The notes: generated by a model not told the origin, from the sequence alone. DNA of 64,000 nt from Limisphaerales bacterium (GCA_965657355.1 CBFHOE010000010.1:22326-86325), one strand, 5' to 3'; numbered from the stretch's first letter, positions 19,095-39,201 are shown. Translations and numbers: made by a program.

Positions 19095-19193
19095 TTAAAG
19101 GTATTGTGTGCCGACTTTGCTTTCCCATCAAGTAGCAAGTGACAGAATGACCTGCGAGTTGACGGTATGGCGCTTTAGACTTAGTTTAGGCGC

Positions 19194-19580
19194 ATGATTT
19201 CGGGGTCTACCTCAAGAAAAAAAGAAGCGGGAAACGTTCGAATTGGTGACGAAAGGCTTGTAAAGCTGACAACCAATGCAGCCCACAAAGTGATATCGCT
19301 TTTGGAAAGACAGGGCCGCCCAGGAGGCGTCCTCAGAGTCGCTGTGATTGGTGGTGGATGTTCGGGCCTTCAATACAAATTAGATCTGCAAGGAGCCCCC
19401 GCCAATAGAGATATCATGGTGGATTCTCAAGGCGTCCAGGTAGTGGTCGATCCTAAAAGCGCTTTATACGTCACAGGGTCCGAGATCGATTTTTTAGAAT
19501 CGCTGGAGGAAACTGGTTTTAAAGTGCATAATCCAAATGCTGCTACAACATGTTCTTGTGGAGAATCCTTCAGTGCTTGA
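19194..19580 (+). CDS. erpA: A-type iron-sulfur cluster carrier (IscA/ErpA/HesB family)
   Basis: 128 aa. GGGCSGLQY and the C-terminal CSCGESF cysteine ligand motifs. Confidence 0.85.
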   Translation: MISGSTSRKKEAGNVRIGDERLVKLTTNAAHKVISLLERQGRPGGVLRVAVIGGGCSGLQYKLDLQGAPANRDIMVDSQGVQVVVDPKSALYVTGSEIDFLESLEETGFKVHNPNAATTCSCGESFSA

Positions 19581-19642
19581 GGCAAAGCAATCTATTTGGT
19601 AATGAGTAGAATGTCCTCCGTAAAGTTTCCCTCCAAGTCTTT

Positions 19643-20242
19643 ATGACAGATTATTTTCAAACGTTGGGACTACCGCGTCTTCCGTGGCTGGAGACAGAGG
19701 CCATTAACAAGCAATACCTTGAGCTTTCGCGTCTCTGGCACCCCGACAAATTTCATACTGCCGAAGAAAGCGAAAAGCAAAAGGCCGAGGAAAAATACTC
19801 TGAAATAAACCAGGCAAATCAAATTATTTCGAACCATTCATCGAGGATCCGACATTTGTTGACTCTTGAGTCTAATTCTCCACCTTCGGTTGTGGAGCAG
19901 CTCCCCAATGAAGTAATGGATTTGTTTATGAGTGTTGAGAAAATCCTCAAGCAATTTGAAGGCTGTATTAAAGAGAAGGAGTCGCTCACCAATCCTATTC
20001 TCAAAATGGGAGTCGTGAAAAGAGCAATGGACTTATCAGATTTGGCTCAGTCTGTATTGGATAATTTAAATCATTACCAGAGCAAACTGATGACAGACTT
20101 GAAAGCTTTGAGTGCGAAATGGGATCAGAAAAACCCATCGGAACTCCTGGATTCACTTGAGGGCATTTACAGATCACTAACTCATATAGAGAAGTGGATT
20201 CAAAAGCTAAACGAGAAGAAGTTTCAAGCACAAATGCCATAG
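19643..20242 (+). CDS. hscB: J-domain Fe-S co-chaperone, HscB-like
   Basis: 199 aa. The N-terminus DYFQTLGLPRLPWLETEAINKQYLELSRLWHPDKF contains the HPD tripeptide. The C-terminal half is helical, and the gene is adjacent to the A-type carrier. Confidence 0.7.
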   Translation: MTDYFQTLGLPRLPWLETEAINKQYLELSRLWHPDKFHTAEESEKQKAEEKYSEINQANQIISNHSSRIRHLLTLESNSPPSVVEQLPNEVMDLFMSVEKILKQFEGCIKEKESLTNPILKMGVVKRAMDLSDLAQSVLDNLNHYQSKLMTDLKALSAKWDQKNPSELLDSLEGIYRSLTHIEKWIQKLNEKKFQAQMP

Positions 20243-20377
20243 GTAATAGTGATCCAATATCAATCCAGGCCAGAACTTCACAATTGACCCCGTAGCCTTT
20301 TGAATCTGAAAAAGATAAAAAAGGCCATTTATAACTCGCCCCTAGTAATTCAGCTCGTCTCGCTTTGCTCAATCTGA

Positions 20378-21832
20378 CTAAGCAAGAATGTCTTTGTGAA
20401 TGAATGGATCACTCGAAGGCCCAATCAGCCTTTGGTTCAAGCCCTGAAATGGCACTGAGAATTTAAAAGGATCGAGGCCAAGTTGGTCTAAAATAGTGGC
20501 CTGAAGATCGTGCACGTGCATTTTATTTTTGGTGATGTTGTATCCTAATTCATCAGTCTCCCCGTATACATATCCTTTCTTAATTCCTGCGCCAGCCATC
20601 CAGATAGAGAAACAATTAGGGTGGTGATCTCTACCAAGCCATTTGACGCCTCCACGTGCTTCATTCATTGGAGTTCTGCCAAATTCTCCTCCCCATACGA
20701 CCAGGGTTTCGTCTAACATTCCCCTCTGCTTGAGATCCTGAAGAAGGGCGGTCATTGGACGGTCAATGTCTCGGCACTTATTAGGTAGCGCTGTATTGAG
20801 CGCATTGCCCTTTGAATTACCATGGATATCCCAACCCCAATCGAATAATTGAATAAATCGAACACCCTGTTCGGCAAGTTTACGTGCGAGAAGACAATTG
20901 TTTGCGAATGATGATTTCCCGGGCTGAGCTCCGTATGATTCCAATATGGACTGAGGTTCTTTGGAAATATCCATAACCTCGGGCACGCTAATCTGCATTT
21001 TATAAGCCAGTTCATACTGACTGATTCTAGTCATTGTCTCAGGATCACCAGCCAAGTCATATTCCAATGCATTCAATTTATTAAGCGCATCAATACTTCT
21101 TCTTCTTACCGACCTGTTCATCCCTTTTGGATTGGTAACGTAAAGAATGGGTTCTCCTGAAGTTCTGCACTGGACCCCCTGGTAAACCGAAGGAAGGAAT
21201 CCGCTGCTCCATAAACTCTTGCCACCACTCGGATCAGTTCCCCCGGAGCCCAACACGACGAAGCCAGGAAGATTCTCATTCTCTGAACCTAACCCATATG
21301 TGGCCCAGGAACCAAATGAAGCATTTCCGAACTGGGCGGACCCAGTGAACAATAGAAGCTCAGCTGGGGCGTGATTAAACTGGTCAGTATGCATCGATTT
21401 AATGATGGTTACGTCGTCGACCACTGACTTGAAGTGCGGAAGCAACTCTGTGATCTTGGTATCGCTTTTCCCAGCCCTAACAAAATTCTGCTGACAGCCG
21501 AGTAGTTTCGGGTGGCCTTTGGTAAAAGCAAGTCGTACCCCCTTAAAGAATTCTTCCGGGCATGGCTGCATGTGAAGCTCTCTTAATTTCGGCTTATCAT
21601 CGAAAATATCTATTTGAGGTGGAGCCCCAGACATGTGGAGGTATATAACACGCTTGGCTTTTGCTGGACCCATAGGAGCTTTAGAAAGCATTGCGTTCGC
21701 ACCATCTGCCTGACTTGCTGATGCGTTAGTCCCAAGCAATTGTGAGAGTGCCATTCCACCAAGTCCGACTTGGCAGTTTTTCAAGAATTGCCTTCGAGTT
21801 TTAAAAAGTAAGGAAGATTGCTGTTTATTCAC
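20378..21832 (-). CDS. DUF1501 protein (sulfatase-like), Tat signal
   Basis: The GTG start lies 3 nt after the upstream PSCyt stop. TRRQFLKN..GLGGMALS twin-arginine signal. WGGEFGRTP and GRDHHP motifs. Paralog of 13903..15390. Confidence 0.9.
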   Translation of the reverse strand: MNKQQSSLLFKTRRQFLKNCQVGLGGMALSQLLGTNASASQADGANAMLSKAPMGPAKAKRVIYLHMSGAPPQIDIFDDKPKLRELHMQPCPEEFFKGVRLAFTKGHPKLLGCQQNFVRAGKSDTKITELLPHFKSVVDDVTIIKSMHTDQFNHAPAELLLFTGSAQFGNASFGSWATYGLGSENENLPGFVVLGSGGTDPSGGKSLWSSGFLPSVYQGVQCRTSGEPILYVTNPKGMNRSVRRRSIDALNKLNALEYDLAGDPETMTRISQYELAYKMQISVPEVMDISKEPQSILESYGAQPGKSSFANNCLLARKLAEQGVRFIQLFDWGWDIHGNSKGNALNTALPNKCRDIDRPMTALLQDLKQRGMLDETLVVWGGEFGRTPMNEARGGVKWLGRDHHPNCFSIWMAGAGIKKGYVYGETDELGYNITKNKMHVHDLQATILDQLGLDPFKFSVPFQGLNQRLIGPSSDPFIHKDILA

Positions 21833-21835
21833 TTA

Positions 21836-24820
21836 TTACCCTTTCATTAAAAAGCCATCAAGATTGAGAATGACATTGGCAACAACAACCCAAGCTGCTG
21901 ACTCCTCTATGGGTATGTCATCACTGAAATGTTCTTTGAAGCGACCTAACATCTCTTTGGCCTGGTCCGGATGATTCTTATAATGCTCCACCTCTGAAAG
22001 GTAGAGTTCTTCAAGGACTTTTATTTGTTCCGGGCTTGCAGGCCTGACCAGTGCTGTTTGCAAAGCAAATGTTAAAGCTTCATTAATGACTTTAAATTTC
22101 TTCTCCGCTATACGGAGAGCAAAGCCTTGTGACATTTCTACAAAGGCAGGATCATTCATGGTGACGAATGCTTGCAGCGGGGTATTGGTAGGAATCCTAC
22201 GTATCGTGCACGTCTCCCTGCTGGGGGCATCGAAAGTCGCCATGGATGGGTATGGTATCGATCTCCTCAGAAATGTGTACAGACCTCTTCGATATCTGTC
22301 TTCATTTTCACTTGTCGCCCAATTCCTTTGCCCATTGAATGCAGCTCTCCAGAGACCATCTGGCTGTGGGGGGAAAACAGACGGCCCACGAAGTTTTTGA
22401 CTCAGAAGTCCAGAAACGCTGAGCGACTGGTCTCGGACCAACTCCGCATCTAAACGAATACGAGACATGCGAGCTAGCAAAATATTGTTGGGATCTTTTT
22501 CAAGTTTCTCGGATTGAACAATACTGCTTTGTCTGTATGTCGCAGATGTCACGATAAGTTTGACAAGTTTTTTCATGTCCCATTCGAGGTCATTTTGAAA
22601 AGTCGAAGCGAGCCAATCCAACAACTCAGGATGGGATGGCATCTTTCCTTGCGACCCAAAGTCTTCTTCAGTTTCCACGAGCCCTTTTCCAAATATTCTC
22701 GCCCAAAAGCGATTTACGGAAACTCTTGCGGTCAAAGGGTTTTGTTTGTCCATCAGCCATTTTGCTACACCCAACCTATTTTTCGGGGCGCCTTCTGGTA
22801 GATTGTGAAACGCAGATGGAACACTGGCAGCGACCTTTTCACCTTGGTTCAAGAAGCTGCCTTTGACGAGAACATGGGTGAGGCGCTTTTTGTCTGCGCT
22901 GCGCTCTTGCATGATCGGGGTCTTGATCACTCTATTTTCAATATCTCGCTTTTTATTGGAGGCATCTGCAAGTTGTTTCTTCAATACCCTTACCGTTGAG
23001 CTAGTATCAAGAAAGTGCTTTTCAATTTTTTTCTTTTCCTCATCGCTGAGCCCTTTTTCTTCTTTGCCGACAAGAGCAATAATTTCATCCGGGGCATTCT
23101 TGTCCTTAAGATTAAAATAAAACCCATATCCTCCGGACCCGTTAGCCACTTTTATCAAAAGTTTATTTTCGCCTTTATTAAGCTCAAGCCCGAGAATTTC
23201 TTGGTCCTTTGCAACTCCACGACTCACTTTGTTATCGAGGATTTTTTTTCCATTTAAAAAAACTTGAATACTGTCGTCGCTTCCCAATGAAACATAGCGG
23301 TGCGTGGCATTTTCAACAGTAATAGTGCGGTATAGATAAGTCGCTGAATTATCACCTTCCAAGGAAGTAATAACACCATCTTTCCATTCAGGCTTTTCTG
23401 CCCATCGTAGTTTTTTATCCCCGCTCTCCACGTCCTTCTCGAAGTCTATAGAAGAAAATTTCACGAACTCCTTGCTATGGGCTTCATCAAAACTTTTTGC
23501 TTTGAATGGCCCAATTGACATCCAAGAACTCAAGACGAGGGAATTATTGGGTTGAGGTTCCTGCAATTTCGTTTTCCATTCCTCATACTCTTTTTTCAAA
23601 TCTCCGTTAATTGTCGTCGTCGCTGGATTTAATCTGTCTATCTCTGATTGAAGCTCGGCTATTTTTAATTCTTGCTGACGGGTTGGTGTAGAAAGCTTTG
23701 GAAATTCATCACCTCTATCAGAATCAGCGGTCTGATTGAAGAAATCATAAAACTCATAGTATTCCTTGATGCTAATCGGGTCATACTTATGAGTATGACA
23801 CTTGGCGCACCCCATAGTTAATCCCATCCATACCTGAACAGTCGTGTCGACGCGGTCACGAACAGCTTCTGTTCGAAACTCTTCATCATCCGTGCCTCCC
23901 TCAGTATTTGTCTTTGTATTCCTGTGGAAGGCAGTAGCTAGGAGTTGATCCTTTGTTGGATTTTCAAACAAGTCACCTGCAATTTGCTCGTAAGTAAATT
24001 GCTCATAGGAAAGATTTTTATTCCAGGCATCTATCACCCAGTCTCTGTATTTCCAAATCGTTCTCAATGGATCAGATCCGTATCCAGCCGAATCAGCATA
24101 CCGAGCAAGGTCCAACCACATGGACGCCCACTTTTCGCCATAAGCTGGATTATCCAACAACTTATCCACAAGTTTTTCATATGTCTCTGGATCTTCATTA
24201 TTGGCAAATTCCTGAGCTTCCTTCCATGTGGGGGGAAGTCCGGTTAAATCGAGATAGAGACGCCTCACTAGAGTGTAAGGGTCGGCCTGTAGGCTCGGCT
24301 CAAACCCGGCATTCTCTATTCCATCCAGCGTAAAGTAATCTATTCCATTGATGGGCCATGCCGTGTTTTGAACCGTCGGGTAATCTGGTTTTGAGAGAGG
24401 GTTGAAGCTCCAATGCCTTTCATAATTGGCACCCTGCTCAATCCATTTCTCGAGTATATCTGCCTGCTCCGGAGTGATGGCATGGCCAGTTTCCGGGGGC
24501 GGCATCACTTCATCCGGATCTTTGGAGCGTATCCGCTCCATAATGATGCTCGCTTGTGGGTTGCCGGGCGCAATAGCCTTAAATCCATCAATTTCGCGCG
24601 TGGCTTCTTCAAATAAATCTAAACGTAAATCCGCCTTCAGGGACGACTCATCCGGCCCATGACAAGAATAACAATTGGAAGCAAGAATGGGGCGTATGTG
24701 CTTGTTGAAAGACAAATTCCCCGAACCAACATTTGAGGCCCACAAACCCGGAATGATGACGAGCCCAGCCAGGAAAAGTATGAGAACCCCTTGAATTCGC
24801 TTTGATCTGTGGTGTATCAC
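21836..24820 (-). CDS. PSCyt1/DUF1549/DUF1553 family protein with a central jelly-roll insert
   Basis: 994 aa with GTG start and a signal peptide. CYSCHGP and CAKCHTHKYDP motifs. A central segment (YLYRTITVENATH..LGSDDSIQVFLNGKKI) differs from the central segment of the paralog at 10854..13901. Confidence 0.9.
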   Translation of the reverse strand: MIHHRSKRIQGVLILFLAGLVIIPGLWASNVGSGNLSFNKHIRPILASNCYSCHGPDESSLKADLRLDLFEEATREIDGFKAIAPGNPQASIIMERIRSKDPDEVMPPPETGHAITPEQADILEKWIEQGANYERHWSFNPLSKPDYPTVQNTAWPINGIDYFTLDGIENAGFEPSLQADPYTLVRRLYLDLTGLPPTWKEAQEFANNEDPETYEKLVDKLLDNPAYGEKWASMWLDLARYADSAGYGSDPLRTIWKYRDWVIDAWNKNLSYEQFTYEQIAGDLFENPTKDQLLATAFHRNTKTNTEGGTDDEEFRTEAVRDRVDTTVQVWMGLTMGCAKCHTHKYDPISIKEYYEFYDFFNQTADSDRGDEFPKLSTPTRQQELKIAELQSEIDRLNPATTTINGDLKKEYEEWKTKLQEPQPNNSLVLSSWMSIGPFKAKSFDEAHSKEFVKFSSIDFEKDVESGDKKLRWAEKPEWKDGVITSLEGDNSATYLYRTITVENATHRYVSLGSDDSIQVFLNGKKILDNKVSRGVAKDQEILGLELNKGENKLLIKVANGSGGYGFYFNLKDKNAPDEIIALVGKEEKGLSDEEKKKIEKHFLDTSSTVRVLKKQLADASNKKRDIENRVIKTPIMQERSADKKRLTHVLVKGSFLNQGEKVAASVPSAFHNLPEGAPKNRLGVAKWLMDKQNPLTARVSVNRFWARIFGKGLVETEEDFGSQGKMPSHPELLDWLASTFQNDLEWDMKKLVKLIVTSATYRQSSIVQSEKLEKDPNNILLARMSRIRLDAELVRDQSLSVSGLLSQKLRGPSVFPPQPDGLWRAAFNGQRNWATSENEDRYRRGLYTFLRRSIPYPSMATFDAPSRETCTIRRIPTNTPLQAFVTMNDPAFVEMSQGFALRIAEKKFKVINEALTFALQTALVRPASPEQIKVLEELYLSEVEHYKNHPDQAKEMLGRFKEHFSDDIPIEESAAWVVVANVILNLDGFLMKG

Positions 24821-24826
24821 AAGAAC

Positions 24827-24854
24827 ATTATAGCAAATTAACTCATTTGAGCAA
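24827..24854 (-). promoter_or_regulatory. Sigma-70-like promoter candidate in front of the second PSCyt/DUF1501 pair
   Basis: The minus strand reads TTGCTC-16 nt-TATAAT, a perfect -10 hexamer, ending 6 nt before the GTG at 24820. This is a motif match only; the promoter consensus for this lineage is unknown to me. Confidence 0.25.
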
Positions 24855-24912
24855 TCCCCAGGAGCAGGATGGATTTTGGAATCCAGATATGGCTTTCGGT
24901 CAGAAAAGGAGG

Positions 24913-26772
24913 TTAATTTGCCATCAATCTGAAAAATTCGGTTCGTTCGGAAAATGGAAGTTTAACGACATAGAGTCCACCAATTTCCGTGGGCTGTAGA
25001 TCCAGCCTTGACCAATTTGCCCCGATGGAGCCAATCGATTCTATCGAATACACCGTATTTCTCACCGGCCAGCTCAATTCCAATGAATCCCCGGACCTAC
25101 GAACCTCTAACCTGACATCAGGCTCAGGGCCGTCCGCCATTCTGACTTGCGCGGTCGAAGAGGTCACCACGAGGCCTGATGATGTCATGACCACATAATA
25201 TTGACCGACAATCTCCTCACTGGGACCACTCAGCCTCAAGGTTGATGAATTACTATTGGGTATCTCATTCCCATCTTGAAACCACTTATACCGGATACTC
25301 GATGGGCTCGTTACAACCACTTGTAAGGTCACCGGCTCGCCTTCCGAAACAGCTTTGTCTGATGGTTGCTCCAATATTGTTAACTCAGGAGCAGAGACAA
25401 CTAAAACAGCTGGTTCGGTGGTCACCGCTGACTCATCATTATTTGCAGCAAGTGCATATTCTCCTGAATCGTCTGTGGTCAAATCACTCAGCGTCAAAAC
25501 CGCCGAAGTAGCCCCGGGAATGGGTTCCCCATTTTTCAACCACTGATAGTCGATTTCCAAAGAGCCAATAATACTAGCGCTGAATGTGTGACTCTGCCCC
25601 AGGAGAGCGATGTGACTTTGAGGAGGGCTCTGTACTTTTAATGGACCTGTGATGGGGACAAGCAGACCAGGAAGTGAGTCTACCTGGTCGAGTGAATTTG
25701 AGACAGTAACACGGTACTGACCTGCATCTAGCTCGGATACAGGTGAGATAACCAATAAATTATCATTTGCACCAGGGATTGCCACTCCATCTTTATACCA
25801 TTGGTAGCTCAATTTTTTCTCAGATTCAGCTTGAACATTAAATTCTGCTGTTCCACCCATGAGAACTTCATACGATGCTGGATTTCTGATGATATCAATG
25901 CTCTGTCTGTCCAGGGAGAAGGTAATTGGGTCAGATTCAATAATAGTATCCAATGTCGAAATCTGGACGTAATATTCTCCTTCATCAGCTGCTGAAAAAT
26001 CGTATATATCGTAAGATGGAATATTCGAAGGAATGGATATCGGCTCCCCATTTTTAAACCATTTGTATTCAGGTATGACGCCATCATCGGATTCGATGAC
26101 GACCCACAACCCAGCTCGGACGCCAGATTTGAAAGACTGGCTTGCTGCCATATTAACTATTCGTATAGCACCTGGAAGAACGCTTAAGACGGCTGTGTTA
26201 CTTGTGACTGTTCCCGAGGGAGTGCTGATTTCCACTTTGTAATCTCCAGCATGACTCATTTTCACCGGGCTAAAGACGAGCTCAGTAGAGTTCGAGTCGG
26301 GAACCGGAACCCCATTGTGATACCAGACATATCGATAGGCATCGCCTCCATCAACGACAACACTGAGAGAAGTCACTATTCCCTCCTCGACGCTTAGGCT
26401 CTGCGGCTGCTCAGTAATAGTGAGGTCTGGTGCTGGTGAAACCCGAATCACGACTGGATGACTTTTTGTCTCCCCTACAGCGTCAGCGGCCAAGACGTAA
26501 TAAATCCCAAAATCTGTCATTTTAATCGAGCTGAATAAAAGCGACGATCCCACAGCACCGGCAATAGCCACGTCATTTTTATACCATTGGTAGGTCACAC
26601 CATCTTGGATTTCTACCTCAACTGCTAAGGTAACATCTGTTCCTTCACTAACGACAACCGGCGCTGTAGGCTGAGAGATGATAACCGGCTGGCCCACAAT
26701 CTCACGCATTCCTGTAAACAACACCACTGTAGCAATAGTATATAAAACTATCTTTCTCATCATTCCTTTCAT
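24913..26772 (-). CDS. Secreted protein with six tandem Ig-like (I-set-type) domains plus the WP...FFRL C-terminal module
   Basis: 619 aa with ATG start and a signal peptide. Six ~86-90 aa repeats each contain Y-x-W-[YF]-K-[ND]-G-x-x-I ... D-x-G-x-Y. The start lies 5 nt downstream of the giant gene's stop. Confidence 0.9.
   Translation of the reverse strand: MKGMMRKIVLYTIATVVLFTGMREIVGQPVIISQPTAPVVVSEGTDVTLAVEVEIQDGVTYQWYKNDVAIAGAVGSSLLFSSIKMTDFGIYYVLAADAVGETKSHPVVIRVSPAPDLTITEQPQSLSVEEGIVTSLSVVVDGGDAYRYVWYHNGVPVPDSNSTELVFSPVKMSHAGDYKVEISTPSGTVTSNTAVLSVLPGAIRIVNMAASQSFKSGVRAGLWVVIESDDGVIPEYKWFKNGEPISIPSNIPSYDIYDFSAADEGEYYVQISTLDTIIESDPITFSLDRQSIDIIRNPASYEVLMGGTAEFNVQAESEKKLSYQWYKDGVAIPGANDNLLVISPVSELDAGQYRVTVSNSLDQVDSLPGLLVPITGPLKVQSPPQSHIALLGQSHTFSASIIGSLEIDYQWLKNGEPIPGATSAVLTLSDLTTDDSGEYALAANNDESAVTTEPAVLVVSAPELTILEQPSDKAVSEGEPVTLQVVVTSPSSIRYKWFQDGNEIPNSNSSTLRLSGPSEEIVGQYYVVMTSSGLVVTSSTAQVRMADGPEPDVRLEVRRSGDSLELSWPVRNTVYSIESIGSIGANWSRLDLQPTEIGGLYVVKLPFSERTEFFRLMAN
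25120..26691 (-). repeat. Six tandem Ig-like domain repeats (~86-90 aa each) in the 619-aa protein
   Basis: Periodic Y-x-W-[YF]-[KH]-[ND]-G and D-x-G-x-Y motifs, read from the translation. Confidence 0.85.
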
Positions 26773-26777
26773 TCCTT

Positions 26778-38084
<11,307 letters not shown>

Positions 38085-38108
38085 TCTTGGGTTTTGCTAA
38101 TGTTTCTC

Positions 38109-38170
38109 TAAACGCACACGTTTAATGGAATCGACCTATAAGTGGCGCCACGAGCACGTTTATGATGGAA
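38109..38170 (-). promoter_or_regulatory. Cluster of repeats in the upstream/5'-leader region of the giant gene
   Basis: Hairpin TAAACG-caca-CGTTTA (38109-38124). 10-bp palindrome GTGGCGCCAC (38142-38151). Direct repeat CACGTTTA(+/-TG)ATGGAA at 38117-38130 and 38155-38170. All lie 25-86 nt upstream of the ATG at 38084. Confidence 0.35.
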
Positions 38171-38897
38171 CCATATAGAAATATATTTATCGGGTGTTCC
38201 CCCTTTTTTTTAAGCTTTTGTCTACTATTAAGACTTTAACGAGTGTTCTTTCCCCGCTGGGTTGGAGAAAGATTTTGTGAGAGTGCAAAAAGCAAAAATA
38301 AGCCTGGTAAAACTCTCCATACTAAAGAATAGAGCTCCATTACATCTTTTTTACTTTGTTCAATTTGGATTGCCGTACAAAGGGGCGATTTGCGTTATCA
38401 GATCTCCATTCTCAGACATAAATACTTTATGTCGGGAATGATAAATGAAGGACAAAAGAGGTGTTTAGAATTCTTCAGCGTTTTTTATCGAACGGGTATT
38501 TTTCAGCTATATCGATTACAACTTAATGAAGGCGAGATAGTTAAGACTGAAAGAATAAATGTATCGCCGGCATTGGGAGCATTGGCAATTGACGTTCGAA
38601 GCGGCAAATAAAATTGATTTTTGGCTCACTGACCCAATGACGATTATGATTAAAATCAGTGGATTTGGCCGGGAAATCTCCGAAGTTAGGTAAAAGTGCT
38701 GATGGGATAAAAGCCATGGATTATAACCGGCTGATCAATCATTTCTCCCGAGGTGCTTATAAAAGATTTTATTTGGAGCTGAAGAGAAATGCCCAGTGAT
38801 AAGGGAATGATGATTGCATTGCCTGCCCCTCAATCCGTACCAAATAATATATTTGTAAACATTTGCCTTAAATGTGGACAAATACATGTCGATAAGA

Positions 38898-38936
38898 GAA
38901 TTGAACGGAAGCAATTTCAATTCTTAATGCATTGAA
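38898..38936 (+). promoter_or_regulatory. Three-segment alternative-pairing element just upstream of the small ORF at 38940
   Basis: GAATTGAA (38898-38905) is complementary to TTCAATTC (38916-38923). TTCAAT (38916-38921) is complementary to ATTGAA (38931-38936). The two pairings exclude each other. Confidence 0.3.
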
Positions 38937-38939
38937 TCA

Positions 38940-39143
38940 GTGAGAAAAATTAGCATTCAAATAATTTTACATTACTTGCTAGCTGGAGTGTCCGCTATCG
39001 CACTGATTGCTGCTGGAATCGGATTTGCCCATTTATACAAGGAGGGAAAGACCCGAGACGCTAGCAATAAAGCAGCATTTGAGGAAGAGATCTACCTCGC
39101 CAAGGAAGAAGACTTAGAAGAGGCTGAAAAATCCGAGAAATAG
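38940..39143 (+). CDS. Possible small membrane protein (one TM helix, acidic tail); weak call
   Basis: 67-aa ORF with GTG start. A hydrophobic helix (ILHYLLAGVSAIALIAAGIGFAHL) is followed by a charged tail. No homology was recognised and no clear RBS is visible. Confidence 0.3.
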   Translation: MRKISIQIILHYLLAGVSAIALIAAGIGFAHLYKEGKTRDASNKAAFEEEIYLAKEEDLEEAEKSEK

Positions 39144-39201
39144 GCCTAATGCCTTTCAGAAGAATCATACCGGCACGGCTGCCGTATGCCCGCACCCCAA
39201 T

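Noticed and set aside
38191-38211. GGG-tgtt-CCC followed by T8 looks like a small terminator on the plus strand.
   Set aside because: The stem is only 3 bp, and no plus-strand gene lies upstream to terminate. It more likely reflects AT-rich promoter-region composition.
38390-38920. ORFs 38390..38611 (+, TTG start) and 38735..38920 (-) lie in the long intergenic region.
   Set aside because: They use non-ATG or weak starts and have no RBS. Their sequences are not protein-like (Cys/His/Tyr/Phe-rich, no recognisable motif). I treat the region as non-coding pending transcript data.
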